Shown in pieces: positions 50,058 through 61,875 of a stretch of 64,000 nt of DNA; position 1 is the first letter of the stretch; every line of letters starts with the position of its first letter. Origin of the DNA: an uncultured Rivularia sp. (GTDB lineage: Bacteria > Cyanobacteriota > Cyanobacteriia > Cyanobacteriales > Nostocaceae); the NCBI GenBank assembly GCA_963665115.1, contig OY762007.1, positions 8,512,001 through 8,576,000 of the forward strand, written 5' to 3'. The notes beneath the pieces were generated by a model. That model had not been told where the DNA came from, did no database searches, and saw only the letters and a list, made by a program, of their open reading frames with translations. A program made the translations under genes and the position numbers.

Positions 50058-52261
50058 ATGAGATCCGAATCTCGCACTCAAGCAAACTACAAAATCACGG
50101 AACGCGAACCAATTTCGGTCGATCCTCCTAGTCGTCTTCAAGAACTTTGGGCGGAAGATGTTTTTTGCCTCAAAAAAATGGAGAAATGTCTGCCCAAAGC
50201 TGTATTTAAGTCGCTGAAAAAAACCATTGAAGCAGGCGAAAGGCTTGATGTTTCTATTGCCGATACGGTGGCATCGGCAATGAAGAATTGGGCCATTTCT
50301 AAAGGTGCGTCCTATTATGCCCACGTTTTTTATCCTATGACTAACGCCACAGCGGAGAAACACGATGGGTTTATTGACACGAAAAGTGATGGTACGGCGA
50401 TCGCCGAATTTGCTGGCAAGCTTTTAGTTCAGGGAGAACCCGACGGTTCATCTTTTCCTAATGGCGGCATTCGCTCTACTTCTGGAGCAAGGGGCTATAC
50501 GGTTTGGGACGTGACTAGTCCCCTGCCTACCTGATGCAAACCGACAACGGGGTAACTCTTTGCATCCCCACCGTTTTTGTTTCTTGGACTGGTGAAGCCT
50601 TAGATAAAAAGACTCCTCTATTGCGCTCGATCGCGGCAATGAACCGATCGGCTACACGGGTATTAGAACTGTTGGGGAACAGCAATATTGCGACCGTCAA
50701 CTCTAGCTGTGGTGCGGAACAAGAATACTTTCTAATTGACGCGCATTTTGCTAATAGTCGTCCCGATTTATTATTAGCGGGGAGAACTTTGTTTGGCAAA
50801 CCTCCTGCTAAGGGTCAGGAATTTGACGACCACTACTTTGGGGCAATTCCCGAACGAGTTCAGGTATTTATGCAGGATGTGGAACACAAAATGTACCGTC
50901 TCGGTATTCCTGCCAAAACCAGACATAACGAAGTAGCCCCCGGTCAGTTTGAAATTGCGCCTATTTTTGAAGCGGCAAACGTAGCCTCCGACCACCAGCA
51001 GTTGACTATGACTTTGCTACGTCAGACTGCGAAAAAGCACGGCTTTGTCTGTTTGTTGCACGAAAAACCCTTTGCTGGCATCAACGGTTCTGGTAAGCAC
51101 GTTAACTGGTCTGTCGGTAATCCCACTCAGGGAAATCTACTCGATCCTAGTGACTCTCCCCACGAAAACCTTCAATTTTTGATTTTCTGTGCGGCGGTAA
51201 TTCGCGGCGTACATAAATATGGACCTTTGATGCGGGCGGTAATTGCCAATGCCGGTAACGACCATCGTTTGGGTGGCAACGAAGCGCCTCCCGCGATTAT
51301 GTCGGTTTATTTGGGTTCTCAGTTAGAGGAACTATTTAACAATATTGTTGCTCAGGGAACACTGAACGTTGAGTATAGTCACAGAGGCGAAATAAACCTT
51401 GGGGTAGATACTCTGCCACCGTTGGCAAAAGATGCAGGCGATCGCAACCGTACATCTCCCTTTGCTTTTACTGGCAACCGTTTCGAGTTTCGGGCAGTCG
51501 GTTCGAGTCAGTCGGTTTCGGGTCCCCTGATTGTGCTGAACACGATGCTAGCCGATTCTTTAACCGCAATCGGCGATTTGCTAGAAGCACAATTGAACAA
51601 TAGAGTAGAAATCGAAGATGCAGTAGTTGCCGTTATTCAAGAAATAATCGGCGAACACGGTGCGGTTATCTTTGGTGGCAATGGCTACTCGAAGGAATGG
51701 CACCAAATGGCTGTGGAAGAAAGAGGCTTGCGTAATTTACCCACCACAGCTGATGCTCTACCCGTACTGAAAGAGGAGTCTACCATAGAACTATTTGAGA
51801 GAACTAAAGTTCTTTCACGAACTGAATCAGAAAGTCGCTTTGAAGTCTATGCCGAGCAGTATATTCTTTCAATTGAGATGGAAGCTAAATTAGTCATCGA
51901 TATGGCTAAGACAATAGTGTATCCTGCGGCAATACACCACTTAGATAATATTGCGGCTACCGTCACAAACCTACAAGGAATGGGCATTAATCTCAATCGA
52001 GAGCATATTAACGGCGTTGCTTATTTGACTAACTCTCTCACCGAAAAGATAAATAACCTGCAATCGGCGTTAAGCAAAGCTCTACCGGAGGTAATCGCAA
52101 CGTCGGATTTTGGCACTACTGAAGAACATATGCAGTATTACGCTACTACTATATGTCCTTTGATGAATGATGTTCGGGATGACGTTGATGCTCTAGAAGC
52201 GGAAGTTGCAGACGATCTTTGGCCCCTAGCAACTTATCAAGAAATGCTGTTTATTAAGTAG
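50058..52261 (+). pseudogene. glnN: Glutamine synthetase type III, frameshifted
   Basis: [49 protein letters not shown]; two extra C at 50520-50523 (AGT CCCCT GCC TAC). Confidence 0.9.
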
Positions 52262-52480
52262 TCTTATTTCGCAATATATGCTTGATTTTTTGCAATTTTA
52301 AATCTATTTTAAGGTCGCCACGCGACCTTTTTTTTGCATAAGCGATTTAGCGCACCACCCATCCCCAATCCCGCAACAGTTCTTATTAATACTCTTAATC
52401 TAAAGTTGTACCCTTGATAGATGTTTTCTGTTACACCAATAAGTGAAAATGAATTTTCGTCGTAATTGGGAATTAAAATC

Positions 52481-53425
52481 ATGCCAGCAATCAAGGAAAA
52501 AACAAAAGCTCTCAAGGGTACAACTGTTGATGCTACTGTAGTCCGAGTTGTAGATGGCGATACTATCCGCGTTGAAGTTCAAGCAGAGGAGGAAAGTCTA
52601 CGGATTTTAGCGCTGGATACTGAAGAATCTAATGCAGGTAGCCCAAAACCCGTTACACCTTGGGGAAAGGAAGCAAAGAAGGAAGCCGAAAAGTTATTCA
52701 AAGCTGGCGATAAAGTTAAGTTGCAATTCCCTGGTGATGAATCAGTAGAAGAATGCTTTAAAAAGTATCGGGGAAATTACGGTCGCTTATTGGTATTTGT
52801 TTATCTAAAGGATGGTACAGATTTTCAGGAACATATGATTAAAAAGGGTTTCAGTCCCTATTTTATGAAGTATGGTTATGCAGCACTTCCCGATAACCAC
52901 GAACGATATATGCAAGCGGAGAAGAAAGCACAAATCGATAATGTTGGAGTTTGGAATCAAATCGAAGTGAATGGCTCGGAAGTGCGGAATTACGCATCTT
53001 TAGGTGTTTGGTGGTATTTGAGGGCTGAAATAATTCAAAATTACCGTCGGTTTAAGCAAACGAATGCAGATACAACTGTATTTAATACCCGTCTCGATTA
53101 TGAGAAAGTGTTGGAATTAGCCAAAAAAGAAGAAGAAGCAACCATTTTTACCGAATTACGCAACCCCAAACGTATTGCCCGAAACAATATGTTTATCGGT
53201 ATTGGTTCTGTAGAAAAGCCATTTTCTTTGTTTATTCCCAAAGTTGATGAAGCTGCGGGGTTGAAAATTATGAGTTTAATTAAAAACCGTTATATATCTA
53301 CAGATGAAGAACATCCACGCAGAAGCTATGCATATGTAAAAGGGGAATTGAGTATTTATAGAGATAAGCCGCAGATTATTGTGACTAACGTTAAGCAGAT
53401 TATGGATTTACCGCAGCTAGATTAG
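52481..53425 (+). CDS. Thermonuclease family protein with C-terminal extension
   Basis: VVDGDTI, LALDTEE, YGRLLVFV. Confidence 0.88.
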   Translation: MPAIKEKTKALKGTTVDATVVRVVDGDTIRVEVQAEEESLRILALDTEESNAGSPKPVTPWGKEAKKEAEKLFKAGDKVKLQFPGDESVEECFKKYRGNYGRLLVFVYLKDGTDFQEHMIKKGFSPYFMKYGYAALPDNHERYMQAEKKAQIDNVGVWNQIEVNGSEVRNYASLGVWWYLRAEIIQNYRRFKQTNADTTVFNTRLDYEKVLELAKKEEEATIFTELRNPKRIARNNMFIGIGSVEKPFSLFIPKVDEAAGLKIMSLIKNRYISTDEEHPRRSYAYVKGELSIYRDKPQIIVTNVKQIMDLPQLD

Positions 53426-53534
53426 AGGGGGGAGAGGGGGAAGAGGGGGTAGAAATTCTCAACTCCTAACTCCTAACTCCTAACTCTTAATTACCAATTA
53501 CCATGCCCAATCACCTATGCCCCATTCCCAATCC

Positions 53535-55365
53535 TCAAATCGAACGATCCAAATTACAAGCAGCGCTAATTAATGCTAAATGCGTAAAGGCTTGGGGAAA
53601 GTTTCCTAATGCTTCGCCACTGTTGCCTGTTTCTTCTGCATATAATCCTAAATGGTTGGCATAACTCAACATTTCTTCAAATATTAATCTTGCTTTATTT
53701 AACTTCTCGGAATCTCTACCTCTTCCGGCACGAGTTAAGGCTTCTACTAACCAAAACGTACACAAGTTAAAACTTCCTTCTTCTCCTTCTAAGCCGTCGC
53801 TGTAGTCTTGGGTGTTGTAACGATATACCAAACTATTAGATAACAGCCCTCCTTCTTGTGGCGATCGCATTATTGCATTGAGTGTTTTCAGCATTCTGGG
53901 GTCGTTGGGTGATGTAAAAAATACCAGGGGCATGATGAGATTACTGGCATCTAAGGTGGTGCTGCCGTAATACTGGATGAAGGATTGCTTGTCTTCGCTC
54001 CATCCGTTTTCCATGATATCGAGGTATATTTCATCGCGAACTTTGAGCCATTTTTCACGATTTGCGGGGAAGGAACGTTTTTCTGCTAAACGTAAACCTC
54101 TATCAATCGCTACCCAACACATTAACTTTGAGTAAACAAAGTCTTGTTTTCCATCTCTGGTTTCCCAAATACCGCTGTCTTTTATATGCCAGTTTTCGCA
54201 AACCCATTCAACATATTTACTCAAATTGACCCAAGTATCGTAAGATATCGGCGTTCCATACTTATTAAAAAGATACACCGCATCCATCAACTCGCCATAA
54301 ATATCAAGTTGGATTTGATCGTAAGCACCGTTACCAATACGAACCGGAGTTGAACCCTTGTATCCTTCTAAATGGTCTAAAACTTCTTCTTTAAGATTTT
54401 TTCTGCCATCAATACCGTACACTATCTGCAATTGCGAATCATTTTCCAAATGCGACGGACAAAGGGATATAATCCAATCGATAAAATTACCCGCTTCCTC
54501 CGTAAATCCAATTCGCATCAAACCATAAAGGGTAAAAGCAGAATCGCGAATCCAGCTATAGCGATAATCCCAGTTACGCTCGCCACCGATACCTTCAGGT
54601 AAACCGCAAGTTGGCGCTGCTATAATTGCTCCGGTAGGCTCGTAGGTAAGCAACTTCAGCATTAGCGCCGAACGTTCTACCATTTCTCGCCATCTACCTT
54701 TATAGGTACATTTAGAAATCCAGCGTCGCCAATAATCTATAGTATGTTCAAATATCTGCGTAGTTTCTTCTGGGTTCAAGGGTAAACCGCAACCTTGTTC
54801 GCATTCAACTTCTCGCAATATAAATACCGCAGATTCTCCCTCTTTCAAACTGAATTCAGCAAAAACCCCGTTATCATCCTGCTTGAGGGGGATATCAGTT
54901 ACCAATCCGAGATTGAAGTCGGTAGATTTGAAAATAACCCCACCTTCAGTCATCTGTGTTTCATGCTTATCGCGAGCATAATTAAAAGCAGGCTGACACT
55001 CCACGCGAAACTTCATACTATTCCGCACGCAATTTACCTTCCTTACCAACCAGTGATAACCTTGTTCGTTAGGAGATAAACCTACAGGCATAAAATCAAC
55101 AACTTCCCCAACACCGCAATCTGCTAGAAAGCGAGTTACCAAAACATTAGTTTCTGGCCAGTAAAATTGTTTATGATTATCCTTACAAAGCGTAGGTGAA
55201 ATGCTGAAATGTCCGCCCTTCTTTTCGTCGAGAATGCCACAGAAAACGCTAGGTGAATCATGGCTGGGATAGCAGAAACCAATCGATTGAGCCATTCTTC
55301 CCCACCAAAGCAGTGGTATGCATATTGCCGATAATGCCGTAGTCTTCGATTGGTTGATAACCCAT
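53535..55365 (-). pseudogene. Glycoside hydrolase family 15 (glucoamylase/trehalase), 5' frameshift
   Basis: True start [14 protein letters not shown] at 55365; extra T in TGG TTT CTG (~55276-55278); [27 protein letters not shown]. Confidence 0.85.
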
Positions 55366-55628
55366 AAGAATAATTCGTAGTTCGTAATTCGTAATTGCTA
55401 GTTAATTATCTATTATTTTGCCACTGATTTAATTACCAATTAAAAAATGTATTTTTATCTCTTTATCTTCCAAGGTTGATTTTAATTAGTTCGCGATCAA
55501 AACACTTCCTCCCATCGATTTTGTTTAAGTTGACCAAAGATAGATGTGATATTATGCTCACTTAAGTACTTCTAATATTTTTGAGGGGTAGGTATATGTA
55601 ACACTCTTAACTCTTCACTCCTAAAACC

Positions 55629-55733
55629 CTACTCTTCACGCAAAACATAACCTACACCGCGAACAGTATGAATTAATCGTTTTTCATTATTTTCTTCAAG
55701 TTTAATGCGTACATAACGTATATAAACTTCAAT
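55629..55733 (-). pseudogene. 3' remnant of OmpR-family response regulator
   Basis: [34 protein letters not shown]. Confidence 0.8.
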
Positions 55734-55878
55734 GCATAAATACACCTTTTTAATTTTGGATTTTCACTAGTTCCCAGTCACTAATTCCCAGTCTCTAGGA
55801 ACTCCTAGTAAGAGGCTCTGCCGGCAGAGCCTCCCCAAATGCATTACAAGGCAGAGCCTTGTAACGAGTTATCACTGC

Positions 55879-56403
55879 TCACTGAGTAACTTTCTGAGCC
55901 AGCATTTTCAAAGCATTATCAATTCTTTCTAATGGCTCGTCAGCACAACCTGTTAATTTATGACGACGAGATAGATATTGAGGGCTGTTGTAACCTAGCC
56001 AAACTTGTCCGTTTTCATCTTGCCAAACCAGTGCTTTTTGAGGTAAATCGATTCCCGCAGTTTGATTGCACTGCATTAATGGAGTTCCAGCAGCAGGATT
56101 TCCGAATATAATTACTTGCGTGGGACGTAATTCTTGATTAACAGATGCCGCTCCTGCTTGGTGATTAACCGTACCAAAAATATTTAAACCTTGCTCTTTG
56201 GCAATAGATTCAAAGCGTTGAACTGTTTCTTCTACGCTGTAATTACTTTTAACTCTAACAATGCCATCTTTTGAAGCTCTAACGATACCATTTTTTCTAC
56301 CTCTAGCTATTTCATTTTTAGAATTTTATCTAATTCCTTGAGTTGCATAAGCGGGAAGGACAAATAATCCTAATGCAGCAATAGTCAATAATACTTTCTT
56401 CAT
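55879..56403 (-). pseudogene. DUF302 family exported protein with premature stop
   Basis: Signal peptide, TAA at 56326-56328, then KSNYSVEETV..FGNPAAGTPLMQ..GIDLPQKALVW in the same frame. Confidence 0.8.
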
Positions 56404-56466
56404 TACTAATCTCCAATCATTTAAAAGTTAAAATTAAAAACTTAATTACCAATAACCAATTACCAA

Positions 56467-57501
56467 CTAATAAAAAGCCTTGATAAGACTCAAACTGAGA
56501 ACGGAAATAAATATCCATGAAGCAGCACCTAAATAGAGAGGTTTGATTCCACTTTGTTGAATTTCACGAATGCTAGTTTTTAAACCCATACCTGCCATTG
56601 AAATGGTTAGTAAGAAATGGTTTATTTCGGTTATTGATTTTTTAAATACTTCAGGAAAAACATTAGCACTATTCAATAACATTAGAGCAATAAATCCAAA
56701 AACAAACCAAGGGATAGGTAACTTTTTAGATTTAGTTTCTTGAGATGAATTGCTAGAAATAGGTGATATAAATCCCAAAGTTAAAACAACTGGAGCCAAA
56801 AAGATAACTCTTGATAGTTTGGCAATCGTACCGAATTCACCACTAACTTCTCCACCTTGAAATGCTGCTGCAATTACCTGGGCTGTTTCATGAATGGAAA
56901 CACCGCACCAAATACCAAATTCTTGTGAATTTACCTGTAAAAAAGTAGATAGGAAAGGATAAAGCAACATGGAGAGAGTTCCAAAAATGGTAACTATTGC
57001 CACAGCATAAGCCACATCTTCGTCTTTACTTTCGACAACACCATTAGTAGCAACGATAGCAGAAGCCCCACAAATAGAAGTACCGGCAGCAATTAATTTT
57101 GTCAATTTTTGATTGACTCCAATTTTGTTGCCAAACCAACAAGTGAATGTAAATGTACTGACTAAAGTTACAAGGACAATTGCTAATCCAGCGGGACCAA
57201 CTGCTAGTATTTGAGGTAAACTTAATCGCAATCCTAATAGAATAATAGATAATCGGAGAATACGTTTTAAAGAAAAGGTAATTCCCGGTTTAAAAATTTG
57301 AGAAACTCCAACTGTATTTTTAAGTATTATTCCTAAAATTATCGCGATGATTAACGAACTAAAAAGTGAAAGAGAGGGGATTTGTTTGAGATATTCTGCT
57401 AGAATCGCAAGTCCCGCAGTTAATAATAAACCTGGTACTATGGCATGAAATGGAAGACATTTTAATATTTCTGCCTTGACATTTTGGGGTGGGCTTTCCA
57501 T
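56467..57501 (-). CDS. YeiH/UPF0324 family membrane protein (putative sulfate exporter)
   Basis: AGTSICGASA, SIHETAQV, KLSRV, PWFVFGF. Confidence 0.9.
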   Translation of the reverse strand: MESPPQNVKAEILKCLPFHAIVPGLLLTAGLAILAEYLKQIPSLSLFSSLIIAIILGIILKNTVGVSQIFKPGITFSLKRILRLSIILLGLRLSLPQILAVGPAGLAIVLVTLVSTFTFTCWFGNKIGVNQKLTKLIAAGTSICGASAIVATNGVVESKDEDVAYAVAIVTIFGTLSMLLYPFLSTFLQVNSQEFGIWCGVSIHETAQVIAAAFQGGEVSGEFGTIAKLSRVIFLAPVVLTLGFISPISSNSSQETKSKKLPIPWFVFGFIALMLLNSANVFPEVFKKSITEINHFLLTISMAGMGLKTSIREIQQSGIKPLYLGAASWIFISVLSLSLIKAFY

Positions 57502-57582
57502 TTTTACAATTCCAATTAATGAACATTAACAATTTTGATAAAGTGAAAATGTAGAGACGTTATATATAACGTCTCCATTGAA

Positions 57583-57918
57583 TTAGATGTAATCTAACTC
57601 GGGATTTTGAGCCATCATTTCCGAAATTTCGTCTTCTTCGGAAACTACAACATTAAAAACGTCCTTCATAAAGCGATAATAAGCGGTATAAACTTTTGTT
57701 TTACCTTCATCTTCAACAATAAAAAAAGGTGCAGATGATACATTATGTTTTCTAGCTAAATCAAACCCTTCGCTAGTAGATTGCTGACGTTCATCTGCTG
57801 CAATAATTTCGTCTATTTTATCTAGCAAGTTTAATTCTTTGAGTTCATTTAAAACTCTTGCGGATTTGCGGCAAGAATTACCATCTACTTTGATTTTTTG
57901 AATTAATTTGATATTCAT
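57583..57918 (-). CDS. Hypothetical thioredoxin-fold-like protein
   Basis: CRKS near N-terminus, APFFIV. Confidence 0.65.
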   Translation of the reverse strand: MNIKLIQKIKVDGNSCRKSARVLNELKELNLLDKIDEIIAADERQQSTSEGFDLARKHNVSSAPFFIVEDEGKTKVYTAYYRFMKDVFNVVVSEEDEISEMMAQNPELDYI

Positions 57919-57973
57919 GATTTTGAAATATTGGTAAAGAACAGGGAATAGGAGAGACGTAATATATTACGTC

Positions 57974-58252
57974 TCAAAACTCTGGTGGTGGAGTTTGACC
58001 GTTTCTCAACATTGTCCGTACTTTTGTATCTGATAGGTGTATTCTTTTTTACTTTGTATTGGAACTGGTTTTACCTGTTGCTATCGATTGGCTGCGAGTA
58101 CAATAGAATGCGTGTTCAAATTTTAAGGGAGTAATTTGTAACTCGCCCTCTGTAAATTCATCAAAGATATATTGAGCGTCGTAGGTGCCGTAATAATCGC
58201 CGACTGCATGGTCGCGTCCGACTATAAAGTGCGTGCAACCGTAATTCTGGCG
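57974..58252 (-). pseudogene. sat: Sulfate adenylyltransferase 3' fragment
   Basis: [61 protein letters not shown]. Confidence 0.88.
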
Positions 58253-58894
58253 TGCGCTGCAACTACCACAACTCCCAAACCAATTCCGATCGCAATGGAA
58301 GCCTTGTCACGTCGGAGTGTTTCTAAATCTCGTTGTGTTAGTACCAGAAAGTCTCGATTGATTTGCAAACCTACAAGACTTTGTTTAGGTGCTTGCACTA
58401 AGAGAACATCACCAAATTTTAAACGCATTTCACTCAGGCGCTCTCGTTTAATTTCTTATCCGCGATGAACTGCTAAAACCGTGACATTATAGCGTTGACG
58501 AAAGCGTATTTCTTTAAGAGTTGAACTGATAAGGTTGGAGCTAGAAGGAATGAGAACCTCTGCAATACCTTCATCTTCCGCGCTCAGTTGGGCTTGTAAA
58601 GACTTTTTGTTAATGAATTCCGATAAAATTTCAATACCTTCTTCATCTTTAATTTTAATTAAGTCCTCTCGGCTGCTCCTAACTAAAAGCACCGAGCAAG
58701 CTTGTAGTTTTTGATCTTCTAGAGGTTGATGAGAATACTTCTCGTTAGCAATAATTTCTAATACATTTACATCAAATTTATGTTGTAAACCAGTAGAATC
58801 TAATGTTTTTCCGACTAAATTAGAACCAGGTGGAATCTGTAACAAATAAAATCAATGCCAAGACAACAATGGCAAGCGTAAGAAAAATTGTCAT
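58253..58894 (-). pseudogene. SLC13/TrkA-C anion permease, internally deleted
   Basis: MTIFLTLAIVVLALILFV start joined to TrkA-C domains (SNLVGKTL, RFRQRYNVTVLAV), TAA at 58456, then LKFGDVLLV.. Confidence 0.75.
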
Positions 58895-59301
58895 GTCATG
58901 GCTGGCTTATAGTGCTTTTATTGGGTATCATCTGGCTGAAAATTTAATGAATTAAAACTGTGAAAATATCTTTCTATTTGAATACAAAGCAACATCAGGC
59001 ACCCCTTTTAAATCAAATAATCTTTGTCAGAAATTGAATTGTTTTTAATTTGCCCTATTTATCTGAGAAACTATTGATAAGTAAATGAGATTTACCTGAG
59101 AAGTTAATTAATAAAATCACATTTTTGGATAAAAATGGTTGAATTGCTTGTTATGTAATGGAAGGGGGGGAGATAGGGAAGAGCGGGAAGAGCGGGGAGA
59201 TGGGGAGAGTGGGTAGAAAAAATTAGTTAATACCAATAGGGAGCAAGATGCTCCCACTACAGGAATTTCACTGGTAACTGGTAACTGGTAACTGGTAACT
59301 G

Positions 59302-60717
59302 TTAAATTTTCATCGCTTCATCAAGTGTTGCTTCGGAATTTTCTTGTTTAGCACGCTTGATATAATTGAGTTTTAATTCTTCTAATAAATCAGAAATCAA
59401 CGGTTGTAATTCTTGTTGAAGTTGCTTATCTTGAAGTTGTTTGCGTAAAGCGACTCGAAAATTATCGGTTAAATTCTCGAATAGTAAACGCCCTTGAGTA
59501 TCGGCATAGGAAGAAGCTAAAATTTCATAAGCAGTTTCAGCAATATAATCGGCTAACTGTTCGCTTAATTCTGCGGGAATCATATTCATCCCCGGTATAT
59601 TTTTCAATACTTGATAAAAATCAGATTCCTTTAAAGAATTCTTAAGACTGTGTTGTAAAAACACTTCTACATCTGGCTGAACTTCCGGTAAAACTCTATA
59701 GATAACTAATTTTAATACGCGGTCGGTAATCGCATCAAAATTATCAACTTCACCAACTTTTACGTAGTCTTTTGGTTGGAGTAAAGAACTTACTGCATCT
59801 CCAGTTTCGATTGCTTCTTGGGTTTGATTAATTAACCGTACCATTAAGAACATTGATACACGATTAGCTAAATAAACAACGGGTTCGTAGGTAACTTGTT
59901 CTAAAATCCGTTCGGTATTCATATAGCTCGATCTATGCAGTTTTACCGCAACAGGAATTACTCGTAACCACTGCCATATAGGCAATAAATATAATCCGTC
60001 GTACCAGTTTCTTAGAATTGCATCCCACCAGCTTATATTATCCTGCTGTCGAGATACCCAAAAAGTTCTAGCTAAAAGCTCAAGAATAAAAAAGATTACA
60101 AATCCAAGATCGATAAACCAAAATCGATCGATAAATTGACCGTTTTCATCTATAACGCGGTAATAATTAACTTCTAATAGCGGTCGAATTTTACTATCAA
60201 AAAAAGATAAAGCTTCCTCAGAACCAACTTGATTAAAATAATCTTGAGTCCAAAACTCAGTAAAAGATTTTCTCGCTGATAAAGTATCCATTTGATACTC
60301 CATTCGTCGATTTAATGTGGCAAATGTACTAAATTTATTCGCCGATGAAAAAGGATTTTCTGTAAGTATATCTATACTTTGTTGTCGTAAGCTGGCAAAT
60401 ATCGAAGCTGTTGAATTAGCTTGTAACCTACTTTTTTGCAGATGGGTTTCTAAAATATCAACTGTATTTAGATAACGTTGAGTAACCGGGTGGGGTTCGA
60501 TACTTTTAACCGAATCATAAGCGGTAACAGCAGGAATATGCTTTAAATAAACATCCCTTAAAGGAATATAGCTCAAGTCAAACAGTACTAATACAAGGTT
60601 AATAACTGCAACTACAGCAATAAAGTTTTTCCACCAATTACCTTTTGAACGTTGGGGTTGCTCGAAAGTCATTTGCGCCATTTTTGAACATTTTTGACAA
60701 CTTCCTGAGTTTAGCAA
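59302..60717 (-). CDS. Hypothetical cyanobacterial membrane protein
   Basis: 471-aa ORF with TM segments; start may be downstream (MAQM..). Confidence 0.75.
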   Translation of the reverse strand: MLNSGSCQKCSKMAQMTFEQPQRSKGNWWKNFIAVVAVINLVLVLFDLSYIPLRDVYLKHIPAVTAYDSVKSIEPHPVTQRYLNTVDILETHLQKSRLQANSTASIFASLRQQSIDILTENPFSSANKFSTFATLNRRMEYQMDTLSARKSFTEFWTQDYFNQVGSEEALSFFDSKIRPLLEVNYYRVIDENGQFIDRFWFIDLGFVIFFILELLARTFWVSRQQDNISWWDAILRNWYDGLYLLPIWQWLRVIPVAVKLHRSSYMNTERILEQVTYEPVVYLANRVSMFLMVRLINQTQEAIETGDAVSSLLQPKDYVKVGEVDNFDAITDRVLKLVIYRVLPEVQPDVEVFLQHSLKNSLKESDFYQVLKNIPGMNMIPAELSEQLADYIAETAYEILASSYADTQGRLLFENLTDNFRVALRKQLQDKQLQQELQPLISDLLEELKLNYIKRAKQENSEATLDEAMKI

Positions 60718-60809
60718 AAAGTATTTATCTTACAGCGATTGTTTTTCTGAATTAATTACCAAGTATATTAGAATTTCTATTGCATCAAGGAGGTAAGCAG
60801 TGCTGAGTA

Positions 60810-61199
60810 TCAAGACATTGCATCCCAGATTGTTTTGGTATCTGCGAACATACGAAAGCGACATACTTTTCCATCACGCAAGTCGTAAATATGTGCAGCA
60901 GCAGCATTCATGGGCTTTTCAGAAATGCGGTTGTATCCTGTATATCTCCCAATAACAATTACAGAGTTTCCTGCATCGAGTAATTCTTCAATATTAAAAG
61001 CAAAGTTTTCCCAGTTATTGTCGTTGGCTTGGAAAACTCCCTTAATAACTTCAGATGCACCTTTGCGTGTAGCACCACCTGGGAATCCCTCATTTTGAAT
61101 CCATTCGAGGTCTTCTGTTGTAATGCTACGGAATGCATCATAGTCCCCCTGTTCGCGAAATGCTCGATACAGTTCTTGAATTACTTCAAGATTGCTCAT
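60810..61199 (-). CDS. SnoaL/NTF2-like protein
   Basis: LYRAF..GD, AAHIYDLRDGKV..F..DT. Confidence 0.88.
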   Translation of the reverse strand: MSNLEVIQELYRAFREQGDYDAFRSITTEDLEWIQNEGFPGGATRKGASEVIKGVFQANDNNWENFAFNIEELLDAGNSVIVIGRYTGYNRISEKPMNAAAAHIYDLRDGKVCRFRMFADTKTIWDAMS

Positions 61200-61204
61200 T
61201 TTAA

Positions 61205-61825
61205 TTACCAGTTAACAACCAAATCCTGAATTTCCATTCTTGCTTCATTGAGTCCTCGCTGACGTGCTTCATCTCCTAAATCCAAACTATTCGCATGAAT
61301 AAACTGAATATCTGTTACACCAATAAATTGAAAGGCAAAACGTAGAGCAGGTTCTTGAGCATCCCAACCTTCAAAAGGCGAACCAGCACCATACTCACCA
61401 CCCCGTGCTGTAATGAACAAAATCTTTTTTCCTTCAACCAATCCTTTGAATTCTCCATCCATAACAGCAAAAGTACGACCAACCCGAACAATGTAATCAA
61501 TGTAAGCTTTAAAACTAGAAGGAATGCTGAAGTTGTACATAGGAACACTGAAAACACAACGCTCGACTGCTAAAAATTCATCCACTAGCTCATCAGAAAA
61601 TCGAAGAGCATCAATCATTTCCGGAGTTCGTGTTTTTAATGGACTATAATCAGCCGCAATCCATTCTTCTGTAACGTGAGGAATTGGTGATTCTCTAAGG
61701 TCGCGGTAAATAATAGTATCTTCAGAATGCAGGGATTTCCACTTTGTGATGAATTCTCTTGCTAGTTGTCGAGACTTAGAACGTTCCCCACGAGGACTTG
61801 AATCTAGATGTAAAATATTTGCCAT
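61205..61825 (-). CDS. azoR: FMN-dependent NADH-azoreductase
   Basis: LDSSPRGERSKSR, PMYNFSIPS, TARGG. Confidence 0.92.
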   Translation of the reverse strand: MANILHLDSSPRGERSKSRQLAREFITKWKSLHSEDTIIYRDLRESPIPHVTEEWIAADYSPLKTRTPEMIDALRFSDELVDEFLAVERCVFSVPMYNFSIPSSFKAYIDYIVRVGRTFAVMDGEFKGLVEGKKILFITARGGEYGAGSPFEGWDAQEPALRFAFQFIGVTDIQFIHANSLDLGDEARQRGLNEARMEIQDLVVNW

Positions 61826-61875
61826 TTTGTTAAATACTTCAAAACTTTACTTATTAATCTAGACAGTAAAACTAT

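Noticed and set aside
52309..52582. Short minus-strand ORFs
   Set aside because: They overlap the thermonuclease start and match no family I recognise.
58172..58468. 98-aa plus-strand ORF
   Set aside because: Antisense shadow of the SLC13/sat remnants.
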